The position numbers and the translations under genes were made by a program. This document shows positions 23,701 through 35,500 of a stretch of DNA of 64,000 nucleotides, piece after piece. Source of the stretch: Bugula neritina (taxonomy: Eukaryota; Animalia; Bryozoa); the NCBI GenBank assembly GCA_964035545.1, contig OZ037765.1, forward strand, positions 27,465,504 through 27,529,503, read 5' to 3'. The notes below the pieces were generated by a model. That model ran no database searches. It was not told the DNA's origin and worked only from the letters and a program-made list of their open reading frames with translations. How positions within the stretch are numbered: the first letter of the stretch is position 1; each line of letters begins with the position of its first letter.

Positions 23701-26700
23701 ATTAGTTTTATAAAAAAGTGCCTGTTTTAACTAATCTCTCTTTTTGGTTTTTGCTGTTGGACTTTTACTGAATTTTTTAGAAGACAGCATATCTCATACA
23801 ATGCATGTGTGGCTAGTTTAGAATGTGGAGTTTTTAACTGTTAATGTATTTGATGTTCCAGTGTTACAGAAAAGAGCTGTTTTATCATTAGCTAAGTGTA
23901 TTATAATAAGGGCTGTATTTAAAAAACTACCAAGTGCATGTAGTTGCGTTTCCCTTACTAGTGCCTCTTATTTGTATTTTCATATGCTGCTCGTATTATG
24001 TAGATAAACTGGGAGCACGTCTTGAAGATTCACCAAACCAGCACCTCTCCTCCAATGCCGTGCTCTGTTACATCTGTTCTGGTAACATTGACAAGTTTGT
24101 AGATTGCTGGATGAAACAGCCCTGTGCCACTTCAAACTCCTCATTTGCTCTGCAGGTATTTGTTTAGTTATTAAAACGTCTTTCCTATAGAGAAATACTT
24201 TCACTGATTTTGAAGCAATAATTTATTAAAATTATTTACTCATTGTTTATTTATTTGTATATGCAGGGAAGCCGAGTAAATGTTTTAATATATAAAAATT
24301 CTAGAAGGAACACCTGAGCACTTTTTTTTTTAGTTATATAAATGATTGATGAATAGTGTGAAATATAAAAATACCAGCTTTTGAAATGATAATTCTCAAT
24401 CAATTAATGAGTTTATAGCCCATTAAAAGAGTTCAGTTTGCCAAGGTTTCTCTCCCAACCACTCACCAAAAGTTAATGCACTTATATATGTATATGTGTG
24501 TGTGTGTGTGTGTGTGCGCGTGTGTGTGTGTAAGCTGATTCTTGCACACTGCACAATGGTGTATCTGGGATGTGAATTAATGTTTTAGGAGCTGATAGAG
24601 AAAGTGATGATGTTGCGTAAAGCAGTTGAACAATTACACGGACAGGAGTATTCTGTGTCAGCTGGCAGCTCATTGGCCAACAAACTAGGTCAATATGCTG
24701 AACTCTTGGCTGCTGAAGGTAGCCTTTCTACTGCTCTTGGATACCTGACAGGTGTAGCCCAGGTATTAGCACCAACAATTAGTAGTTGTGCTCTCTTGTC
24801 TTGGCTTGCCACTTCTTAATAAATCTAGTTGGTTGAATGTAATATGTAATAGTATATAATATTATATTTCACACCTATACAGTCATAGTCCTGACTATAA
24901 TATATAATATAATATACACAATAATATATACTACATAATATTATACTGTAATACATATTAGTATATTATATAGTATATGATCTATAATAATATGTAATCT
25001 ATAATATGTAATATATACAATAACTTTGCAGAGTCAGAAGCTGAGTGTACTCAAGTACAGACTGCAGACAGCACTGGGTCAGCATGTCTCCTCCACCCCG
25101 TGGCCCACCGCACCGGTGCGTGCTGCCCGTACTACCCAGGCTGGTCAAAACCAGGCTTATACACGGTCCACTAGTAACCCTTATGCTCAGCCAAATCAAG
25201 TAAAGAACTACCCTACATCCGCTCCTGTTCAGGGGAACACCTCTTACTCTAACCAACCTGGTCATAGGTATGTATACTGGTTGTTATGTAGCTGATTCTA
25301 GGTCAGCATACTGGTTGTTATGTAACTGATTCTAGGTCAGCATACTGGTTACTATATTATACTCACTGTTATATCATTGTAGTGGTTACAGTGCATACAA
25401 TGGCACACCTTCTGTTACCACGACGACCCCGTCTTATGGTGCTTACTCTTCTCAACCCAACTACCACCCTAATGCTTACTCATCAACTGCCGGCTATATG
25501 CAGCCAGCCTCCACTTACCAGCCTTCCCCACAGGCCCCCTACTCCACCCAGTCATACTACACCTCTGCATCCACCCCCTACTCTGCTGCTGCCAGCTATT
25601 CTAGTGCCCCCGGAGGCTACATGACACCAGATACGAGCTACATGGCACCAGCTGCTGGATACGGACTCCCTGCCCAACCCGTGGGACATGTAGCTGCTCG
25701 AGGTCAGTTAGTACACCGAAATGTGAAAATTATCTACTTCTTGTCTACCAACTGTATTCCGTACTACTGCCATGACTTATTCGTATGTGGGTTATTATAG
25801 GTTTACTCGGTAAGAAATATGCTGCCACGTCATCTTCTACAGTCACGACCGCATCACCTGCCTTGTCGGCAGCACCCTCACTGTATAACCCTAACGCTGC
25901 TACTGCCAGGTTTGTCAGCTTCCCATCTCACCAATAGTTTTTGCTGTTTGACCATATCATTGTCTACTTATCTTGCTATCAGTCCGTGCCTAGGTTCACT
26001 CCACTCGTCAGTGGATAACACTCAATACTTCGAAGGAAATTGGTGATGCAAGGGTTTAAAACCCATTATTGGCATGTCATTTTCTTTTTGTTCAATGTGC
26101 ATCCAGTAGTATTGCTAGTTGTTGATGGGTTGTGTTTGTAGTATGGTGTCCAATACAACCACTGTGGCAAGTTCTTACAACTCCGGCTCTATCTATAATC
26201 CTAACAGCTCATATAATACTGCAGCTCCATCAGGTAAAGCATCAACTAAATCTCAACTCACTTAGTGGCTAATATAGTTTAGTATACTCTGAATCATTTA
26301 TACTCATCTGTAAATTTTCTTCCTGTCTAATTGTTTTTGAAATTATGTAAGCATTGTTTTTATGTGGTTTATTTGGCTAACCACTAGTTTTTATTTATAC
26401 CCGTTCATTGAGCTTTTGTTTACCAAAATTTAAAAATGTGTTTTTATGAATTTATGAATTGTGTTTAGCGTTAGAATTTTTTAATTGTTGCTTCAACAGC
26501 ATTACATACACCCACTAACCAAAAATCAAAGGTTTTTTGGTTTAACCTTTTTAGTAGTAGTTATGGTCTACACAGGTTTGAGCAAATCATCTTTTTTTTT
26601 TAAAATAGGAATAAATATTGGTTTGCAAAGGGTAATAGTATTTAAAACTGCCTATAAAGAAGACTTTTGATAAGAAACTACAAACTTACAATTGCAGTAA

Positions 26701-28612
26701 CTATTAGACCTTGGGATTGTCATCATGATCAAACAATAGTCATTTGATTTTCGATACCGAAACTGCGTGTCTTGCGTCTGTTTGAAGAAATATAAATAGG
26801 ATTTCTGTTGAGTGCATAATTTGTGTGCCCTCGGTAGATTAAGTTATGATGCAATGCAAGCTTCCTGTGTTTTCGTACTCAAATGTTAAGTTAGCTAATC
26901 AGAACTGAACAAGTTCTTGAACTGTTGGACTGCCCCAGGTGATAAATGCTGTGGAGTTAAAACTCTACTGAGACTGAGTTGTTTTCCTCTCTTGGGTTGT
27001 TGAAGGCAGAATTATCCAATAATACTCATTTGAGATATCATAGGTTTTGATGTAATGGAAGCCTTTTTATTTAAATAATAACATTCTGCATCTAGATATT
27101 ATTTGATCAAATCACAAGGAGAATAGAAGTAGCTTCACTCTTGTCTTTAGTATTGAGAATTTGATTTTCCAATAATATGAATAACATTGAAAATGTGCAA
27201 TATTTTTGGCATTGCTAGTTAAATTTGTAAAATTTATCACCATTTTAGTTTTCAGCTTTCCTAAGACTTGCCAATTTGATTACACAAAGTTGTGTACTTA
27301 GTTTGAGTGTTACTTGTATTTTCACAGCTCATTCATACCACCAGTCAGCTTATCAGCCACCAGCCACGCCAGCCATCCCAGTACCCACTGTAGACGCTGT
27401 CAGAACTGCTCCGTCTGGCTGGAATGACCCTCCACCTGTTCATAGCAAGGTAAATATGGAAGATACAAAAATAGCTTTTGCTGATTAGTGTTTACACTTT
27501 TTGATATGGTGTGTATTCTTCTGTACATGTATTTGCCAGGAGCCTGAATCACCACCAGCTGCTGCTAAGACTGCCCCTATAACCATGCCAGTGTATAATC
27601 CTGCTGCACACCAGCCTGCCATGGCCGATCCTACATATGGCAACTATAACCAGCAATACACTGGTGCTGGTATGCAACAGTACAACTATCATGGACAGGC
27701 ACCTTCAACACAGCAGTATGCCCCTCCAGCCAGTCAACCCTCTCCTAAACAACAGGTAGTTACTTCCCCTTGATGAATTATTTGCTTTTTTTCACCGGGC
27801 TCAAAATATTCACTCAATTGTCGTTATTAAAAGTTTTGGTTTTTGAAAATTACACTTCATCCAATTTGCTTCCAGTTGTTTGCATCTTCAAACTCATTTT
27901 GAAGTTTTTAAAATTGGTATGATTGGTGGTGGGTGGAGCTGATAACTTCAACTTGCTTTTATTTTCAAGTAATGTGTAGTATTCTTTGATATGCCTTTTA
28001 AAATTTTAGGTTGCTGCTCCTGAAGTAGTGAAGCCTCCTATACCAGAAAAGCACATGGCTCTTAAGGAAACACTGGATGCCTTAGCGAATAAATGCCTGC
28101 ATGCGTCAACTAATCCAGTAAGTGTACTCGAAACTGATGGTTTTGTTTAATACAAATGGGCAGGTAGTTAATGATTATTCTTTGATTTGTAGCAACAGAA
28201 ACGAAAATTAGAAGATGTGCTAAAAAAGTTGGAGTATTTATATGATAAATTAAGACAGCAAGCGGTAAGCATACACAAACCCCTTAATTTTTGCATTATA
28301 TTAGTTCTCAGCATATTGTGGTATAGGAATGTTGATACAACTGGCTAGGAACACCGATAAGGGGAGAAAATGACTTTTTTGTCACTGCAAAAAAGTCCAG
28401 TTTTTATGCAGTGTTTCCTTTTTCAGTTGAACGAGACGATTCTTCAAGGGCTGAATCAAATTGTCGCAGCCATAAAGCAATATGACTACAATACAGGCCT
28501 GGCTGTACACACACATATGATCTCTCAAGGAAATTTCAGTGAAATTAGCGCATTTATGCCAGGTCTTAAAATGCTTATGCAAACTGCAACTCAGTTACAA
28601 GTGTTTATTTAG
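17708..28612 (+). CDS. SEC31A: Protein transport protein Sec31 (COPII outer coat), 1246 aa; coding exons 17708-17920, 18020-18205, 18310-18543, 18670-18792, 18972-19103, 19249-19410, 19709-19840, 20183-20407, 20529-20603, 20927-21092, 21302-21480, 23347-23473, 24004-24155, 24589-24762, 25032-25267, 25383-25702, 25801-25909, 26142-26233, 27328-27449, 27540-27755, 28010-28117, 28193-28264, 28427-28612
   Basis: Hallmark Sec31 sequences: [16 protein letters not shown]...[15 protein letters not shown]40 repeats ([39 protein letters not shown]), [24 protein letters not shown]1 solenoid ([19 protein letters not shown]), Pro-rich region with GWNDPP, and C-terminal [15 protein letters not shown]. All introns are GT-AG with consistent phase. 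Confidence 0.97.
18610..18655. repeat. Short 19-bp tandem duplication (AAGCTGCTAGTCATAACTG x2.4) next to a SEC31 3' splice site
   Basis: Direct reading; it ends 14 nt before the acceptor at 18669. Confidence 0.85.
19932..20139. mobile_element. Possible degenerate Tc1/mariner-type MITE remnant in a SEC31 intron
   Basis: Left end TA-CAGTGCTCTCC. The right end reverse-complements to TA-AAGTGCTTCCTCC. The interior has more CpG than the flanks. Only one copy is in the window. Confidence 0.3.
21472..23061 (+). repeat. 19-bp minisatellite (ACTGCTAGT|GTAAGTTAAT) x83.7 spanning the SEC31 coding exon 11 / intron junction
   Basis: The unit equals the last 9 nt of the exon plus the first 10 nt of the intron. 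Register is kept without indels (variants at 21994, 22507, 23001 and the last unit at 23049 all fall on the 19-nt grid). Confidence 0.99.
24496..24530. repeat. Interrupted (TG)n microsatellite
   Basis: tgtgtgtg...gcgcg...tgtgtg in a SEC31 intron. Confidence 0.9.
25266..25350 (+). repeat. 34-bp tandem repeat (x2.5) starting at a SEC31 5' splice site
   Basis: AG|GTATGTATACTGGTTGTTATGTAGCTGATTCTAG|GTCAGCATACTGGTTGTTATGTAACTGATTCTAG|GTCAGCATACTGGTT. Confidence 0.92.
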
Positions 28613-28861
28613 TAAGGATATCTTTTGTGTACACTATTAGAGGCAGTTGTTTTTCAAACAATCTGAAGTGACAACATAATACATTTCATGATCTAGGAAA
28701 CTATACAATGCAAATTAAATTGCAATATATTATTATATACGTTGTATCTATTTTAACTGTTATTTATCATTGGGTAAGTCTTTTTATATTATTTGGAATT
28801 CGTAGGATGCTCAACATATTGATAATGCTTAGATAAATATGTATACAACTGTGCTTTATCA

Positions 28862-28901
28862 AATAAATTTGTCCTGAATTAATTTCTAGAACATTTTTAT
28901 T
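28862..28901. terminator. Face-to-face polyadenylation signals: AATAAA (+, 28862-28867, SEC31) and AATAAA (-, 28901-28896, KDM3)
   Basis: First plus-strand AATAAA I found after the SEC31 stop, and a minus-strand AATAAA in the 942-bp gap between the convergent stops. A second plus-strand signal lies at 29128. Confidence 0.6.
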
Positions 28902-29554
28902 GGATAACCCCTAAAATCATGATTAACAGCCAAAGATGTGATAATGAATTGCTCATCATTGTACACATAGAGAGATATAGAGAGCAAATAGTAAGTTGTC
29001 TAGAAGTGTGTAATGCCATGGAGGTTACCTGTATGCATATGCATTACAGAGACGAATGAGAAAAAGGTATAAAAAATATTATCTCTCATATAGCAAGCAT
29101 AGTTGTAGTAAGTATAAGTTCATTGCTAATAAAACAGAATTTACATATTTATAATCAATGAAATACAGTGCCAAGTATCTGTACATTTTATAATTATTAT
29201 AGTTTTGATTCTAACTAAACTACAGTATCTCAGAGTGAAAAAGTATTTATAATAACAAATGAACTGCAGATGAAATGCTGCAGTATGGGCAACTATAAGT
29301 ATCTTGATAGGCAACAATCTACATTCAAAGACAAAAATATACTAAAAAGCTGCTGCTGTACAAAAGTGGCTGCCATCAAAGGGCTAGTAAACTCATAATT
29401 TTTATAATTTTAAACCACTACCCTCCAAGTTCGCAGCACTATTTACATATAGAAGAGTTTGATTTCAACAGGTACACAATAAAATCAAAATAATTACTGT
29501 GTTTGTTCAACTAGAAAGATGACAGTCTAATATAAGAAGTGAGGGAGCACAACT

Positions 29555-32500
29555 TCACTTGTCAATTGATTCACTTTGATCCAGCACAGCAACTGCATCT
29601 TTGATGGCGTGATATATAATATTTTTAACCTGCAGCTTATCTTCATGGTTAGCATGTGTATTGGAAAGCAGCCTGAATTCTTGAGTTAAATTAAAGCAGT
29701 GATGCAAATGCTCAGGTGAAACAAAATCTTCAGCTACTTTTACACATCCATTGAGATTCTGAACCTGCAGAAAGCATACAAAACATTTAACAATAAAAAT
29801 ATTATTTACAAAAAACTTTTCCCCACAAAATTTACACTTTAACCAATAGGAAGCACATTAAGAAATCAATTCACATAAACATATCTTAATTTTATGGAAT
29901 TTGTTGCAATACCTGATGAGGCGCTCCAGCAGGTATAAAAACTGCATCACCGACGCATTGAAGGATGGGGTACCCATACACACCATACTCATCAGCTAAT
30001 CTTTGGCGCAAATTCTTATCTAGATAAAATTGCTGGTCATGAATGGGATCATGGTATGGTTCCAATTCCATCCCAAGTTCTAAAGCAACCTGTTTAAAAC
30101 AAAAAATAAATTACACTATTCATACATATTTAAATTAGTGTGGAGATAGTTTAATAAACAAAAAAAAACTGATAGGAATTAGCCTGAAAATTTCAGACTT
30201 GTCTTCTCAGTGTCATAATGAGGTGTATGTTTACAACTGCTAGAACAATACCTGGTTATGTATGACTCATGACTTCACAAGGTTAATAATATAAGCTGAC
30301 ATTCCGGCACATTAATACTATAAATCATTACAAATGCAAATGAGACTATCCATATATATTTGCATAATAATTATTATAACAACTTCAACCAATTGTTAAA
30401 TTTAAACCTTCTACTAGACAAGAAAGCTTTGTTATTTAACCTCACAAATTGAATTTGCTTCTTCAATCATAATACATTAGACTGCAACACCATTCTTCCA
30501 TGGAACACAACAGAATAATTTCTCAAGTAATCACATATACCCCAAATGACATGCATGTGGTCTGCATACGTATAATTACTGGCTGTTAAGCTCTAAGACA
30601 GTAAACCAACTTACCTTATTCAACAGGTCTCTCATTTTGTCAGCATCACAGGCATCGTATATGTGCCACAATGCACCTGGTATTTCACCATCGTCAGTAA
30701 TTCTCTTCTTCATGAGTTCATCACAGTCCGAGTCCTCTATCAACTTCATCACATCTATAAATGAAATTACCTCATATGACTTTCATATGTCTGCAGTGGC
30801 AAGAACATGCACGTAAAACCATTCACTTACAATCTAGAATGCAGATTCAACACCAACCACCACGCAGAGAATAATTCCAGTGGCACACCGAACAGTAAGT
30901 AAATAGGCTCATCAAACAGGTTATTACCATTAGTCATGCCAACTAGGATACAGATTTTAAGCAAAAAGTCTTCAACTAGTAAGCTACTATCATTGTATTT
31001 TATGCCTGACCAACCACTAAGCCATTGATACTAATAAAAAGATTTGACAAATTACCAGGTTCCAGTTCCTTTTCATGAGCCACAAACACCATAACATTTA
31101 CAGCGTCAGATACATCTAGATGCAGGTTGGTAGTTCCACTTTGAGGATACTTTGCCAAACCATATGCAATGTACATTTTTGGTCCGAGATCTGGTTTGAC
31201 AAAGAACTCAGGGAGTCGACCCGCCAGATTTAGCTGTCCGTTTCTCTGTGTATATTGTGGCATTGGAAGAGCAGACATTAAATCTTGGAAACGAGAAGGC
31301 ATTGACTCAGCAAAATCTTCAGAAGTTGGCCAGTCTTTCAGTTTCAAGATTAACGGCTGGCCATCCGCGTCAGTTAAACGCTCTAAACAAAAAATACAAA
31401 TCTATTGTTAAAAAGAAACAAATGAAAATGTTTTTTTTTGTTTATCATCAATATATCAGTGCATTTAACAAATTTCCACCCCAAATAGAAATGTTAATGT
31501 ATTTAGACTGGTTTGTGGAATGGCAAAACCATGTTTTCTGTTTATCCACTCAGTTCCTTCAATCATTATGTAATACAGTAGCACACATCAACTGAACAAC
31601 TGCTAAAGTATTACAGAGTAACATTTGTATTTACATCAGCAAAACACACTTACTAGACTGGTCCTCGAATCCGTCCCAGAAACACTTGATTTGGTAGCCA
31701 TTGAGGGGCTCATTCCGCCTGCAGTCTATGAGATCATGACGGTCGTGGCCAAACTCCTTGCTGAAGGCCTCAGGAGTCCACAACTCCTCAACTTTCATGT
31801 GTTTGGATACATTCGACACGATAACAGGCTGGCCTAGAGTGGCAAAACTCACGTTACTTACACGGGTCATAAAATTGTATCCAGCAGGCATATAAATCAC
31901 GTGTTTATGGCTGTCATTTACTACTGAGAAGTAAACTGCACTCACCTGCTACTGATAGTCATTGTGACATGACATACCATAAACACATAACTGGCAACTG
32001 ATACAATCAGATATTGTTGTAACTGAGTATGTGCAGCAGATCGTAGCCAAATAAAACTCTTATCAGTGATAAATAGCTAGCTGAATACTTTAGAATAATC
32101 ACAAGTTGCTTCGACAAAACACATTTAGAGAAGTGACACACATTGGCAAGATACCAAGTGATGTTTGAGTGAAAGCAGTTTGTGTTAGGAGAATGATGAG
32201 GCCTACTAACCAAGTGTCCAGCGCTGATTGAACAGCTGAAAGTTGTTGGGATGCTGTGGGTCATGGAGAATGAGAAGCTTTCCCTCACACATCCAGCTAT
32301 GCTTGATGTCCGGGTATTGCAGGGAGGTTTCCTTCAGGTAACACGTAGGTATGGCCTCCACACGACCTAAACACAACAATCAATATTACAACAAGAGCAA
32401 TACACTTAGCTAATGGTAATACACAGTCTATAGGTATTGTGATGGCATAACTGATTAGGGGAATGAAACAATACCTCACAGCTTTACCTAGCTAGTGACT

Positions 32501-35500
32501 GCTCTGTTGACAAATTGATATTTGATCAGCAGGCTATTAAAATTTGACTCTTAAATAATCACACGATTGTAATGATTGCAGCTTCACAACATTGTTTCCC
32601 CAGAGATCCAGAGGCTTGTGGCTGCATCAGTAAACATTAAAATATGAAATGTTTTACAGTTGAGATTCGTTTGAACAAAAGCTGTTACAATAGTACAGGT
32701 ACTAACCAGAGAGGTAGGTCCCATTTCGTCGCTGATAGTGAGCAAATTCATGGTGGTTTTTAGGCCCTGTGTTTGGCGGACGCTTGTATGTAGCAGCAGC
32801 AGTGTCCATCGCAGTGTTGACTATTTCGTGCACCTATAATTGGCAACTCAACATTCAATACCATCATTCAGCTTAGCCCAGACTGGAAACCAACCGCATT
32901 CTGTGTGTGACTCACTCATTCAATAGAAATAATATTAACAGCAACAACTACTACAGCACCCAGCAACAGTATTTGGCAAAATAGACAAAGTATATCTAAT
33001 TCTATGTCTACACAGTAGGCTAGAGAGCTGCAAAAAGTTACCCAACTTTAGATTGAGTAGAGAGTTTGTAAAAACTATAAACCTGAGACTCTAGTAGAAA
33101 CATCACCTGCTTGTCAGACGTGAGGTTGCCATTGGCCTGGTTTCTGGTGAGCAGCTTTCTAAGGGTGGTGCAAGGCTTCTTCTCCCCACCACCAGTATCC
33201 ATGTCTTCCACTGTGGCTGTGCCATTCACTTTTACCTGTAAAAATACCTGTTTACAGTGAGACAGTGCCAGATATATGGGAGCAGAGAGAAGGTACAACT
33301 TTTCTATCCCCAAACACTACTAGCCCCTAGACCAAACAGTGACTGTGGTTGCAAGGAAATTGGTCCAATTACTCAGCCATTTGTTTTTATACAGGAGCCA
33401 TGGACTGGCATGGCCACAGCAACCCAGAGCCATGAATAAACCTCGAGATTGGCAACTCATCTGCCCACCATTAAACGTGATTGATGACTCACAAATGTCC
33501 ATGTTTAATCGAGTTATGCGTCTTTCATTACTATAGCAACCGGACATCTAGTACATCAGAATAAAGCATTGCATTATCCCTGCTTGATTGCAAGGCTAAA
33601 TTATACATTCAACTACCAAATCTCCTCATACTATATGCATTATTCAAAGTCCTTCAGCACATTCTGGCATTTCTCCAATAAATCAACTTATTTAACTTGA
33701 GCTTTATTTAGATCAGACAATATGTCAAGACTGCTGGAAACTCAACAGTCAGTGAACTCCTACAACAAAATCCAGTCCCAAACGCCACGAGCTTGTTCAA
33801 CTCACGGATACTGTTAGTTAAGATAAGTAAGTAACAACTAATAGACAATGCACTTACTTCTGACAGCAGTCCTGGGCCATTAGTGGAGGGCGCCATGGCC
33901 GCTACGTCTGCCAACAGACTGAGGGGGTCATCAGAGTAGGTGTTGAGAGTCTTATTATCCAGAGAGGCTGATAGATACGTTGACTGTCTGTACACATCTT
34001 GAGGGTAAGACAGAGAGAGCCTGCCCTCAGCTGCGCTGTTGACAATGGGAACTTTGGCTGGGGCGGAGTCTATAGACAACTCCTAAAGACATCACAGGAG
34101 TGGTTTTGTTATTACAAGTCTACTAGAGAGACTAGTACTAGACGGGCTAACTACTCTATTATAACACTACTACGCCATGTGTACCAGCTAACACTTCGAT
34201 TAACATCAGATCAACTGCCAACTATTGCACAAGCATGAGGGAAGTTGAACCAGTACAACAATTTACAGTAAACAAAAGAAAATCTGATGATTTTCAAGTT
34301 TTAGCTATTGAAAACCCAACTGTAATCACATACAATATCAGTGATACTTCATAGTTCATTGCATGTGCAACAAATTATGCTCAACAGGCATTTCTGAGGA
34401 GACCATCATGAAAACTGTGTGTAAACAGCTGCCTGACTGATGCCACAGGTTGGTTAGTCATGTGACTATGCAAAGTGTAACAAGCTTGGCTGCCATAATT
34501 ACTCTGTACTTTTAGTGAGATGCTGAGTTGCTATTCAAAACCCATCAGTAACCTTAAATCTCTAAGAAATTTAGAATTAACTGCAATAATTTACTACTAC
34601 ATATTCGTACAGGTGACTGGGCAGGTGAATTACCTGATTGATGTTTTCCACACTCTTAGGAGTATCAGACGACTCCGGAGGTTCTGTACATATGCAGCTC
34701 GACTTGATGCTGTGCTTACGTCTCACATGGTGAATCAAGTCTCTAGTGATTTTAAGAGCATCGGCTGGAATAATGGACGTCAGCATGAGCTTATCTGGCT
34801 CGTGATTTTTGCCGGTCATGCAGGGCAGCCATTTTCTGTGTTCCTCAAACACGCCATTACTCGTCCTGCTCGGCATTTTCCTCTTCACTCTGTAGCAGTC
34901 GATGCACACGACGTAGCCACACCTGTGACACACCCAGTGCACGTTGAAGAGCGTTGTGTCACACAGATCACACATCTCCCTCACACCTTGTACCGCCCTC
35001 TTCCAAACCCTCTTCGTATCTGAAATATACAAGCAAGGTGGTGCAGGCAACAGCTGAGCCTGAGAGAAACAGTGTGAGGTAATAGTATAGTAACTGCTGG
35101 TGCTAGTTAGCTAGGTGACAGTTATGATGATTAATGGACTACTAAACAGGAGAAAATCACTCTTTGTTATCTCAAGACTGAGAGGGAAATGGCGACTATA
35201 TTTGGTTTCCCACAGCAACCACCAAGTAGAATGTAGTTGCTATGTCTTGATGTTACACCTTAGGCCAGTGCTACTGCACCAGGGTCTTACAGCCATCTCT
35301 GTTACAGTTGCCTACTTCTCTAAGTTATTCAAGGAACTTACTGGACCAACTTATACATTCTTGCTCTTGTTCCACGAGTCGGCAGAATTCCTCTCCTACA
35401 TTAGAAATAATGTACTTGGCATTCTTGACATCCTGTGGCAACAGCTTTCGAGATTTAGTAGCGATATGTGGCAGCCATATTGTGATGTCATCAGGCTCAG

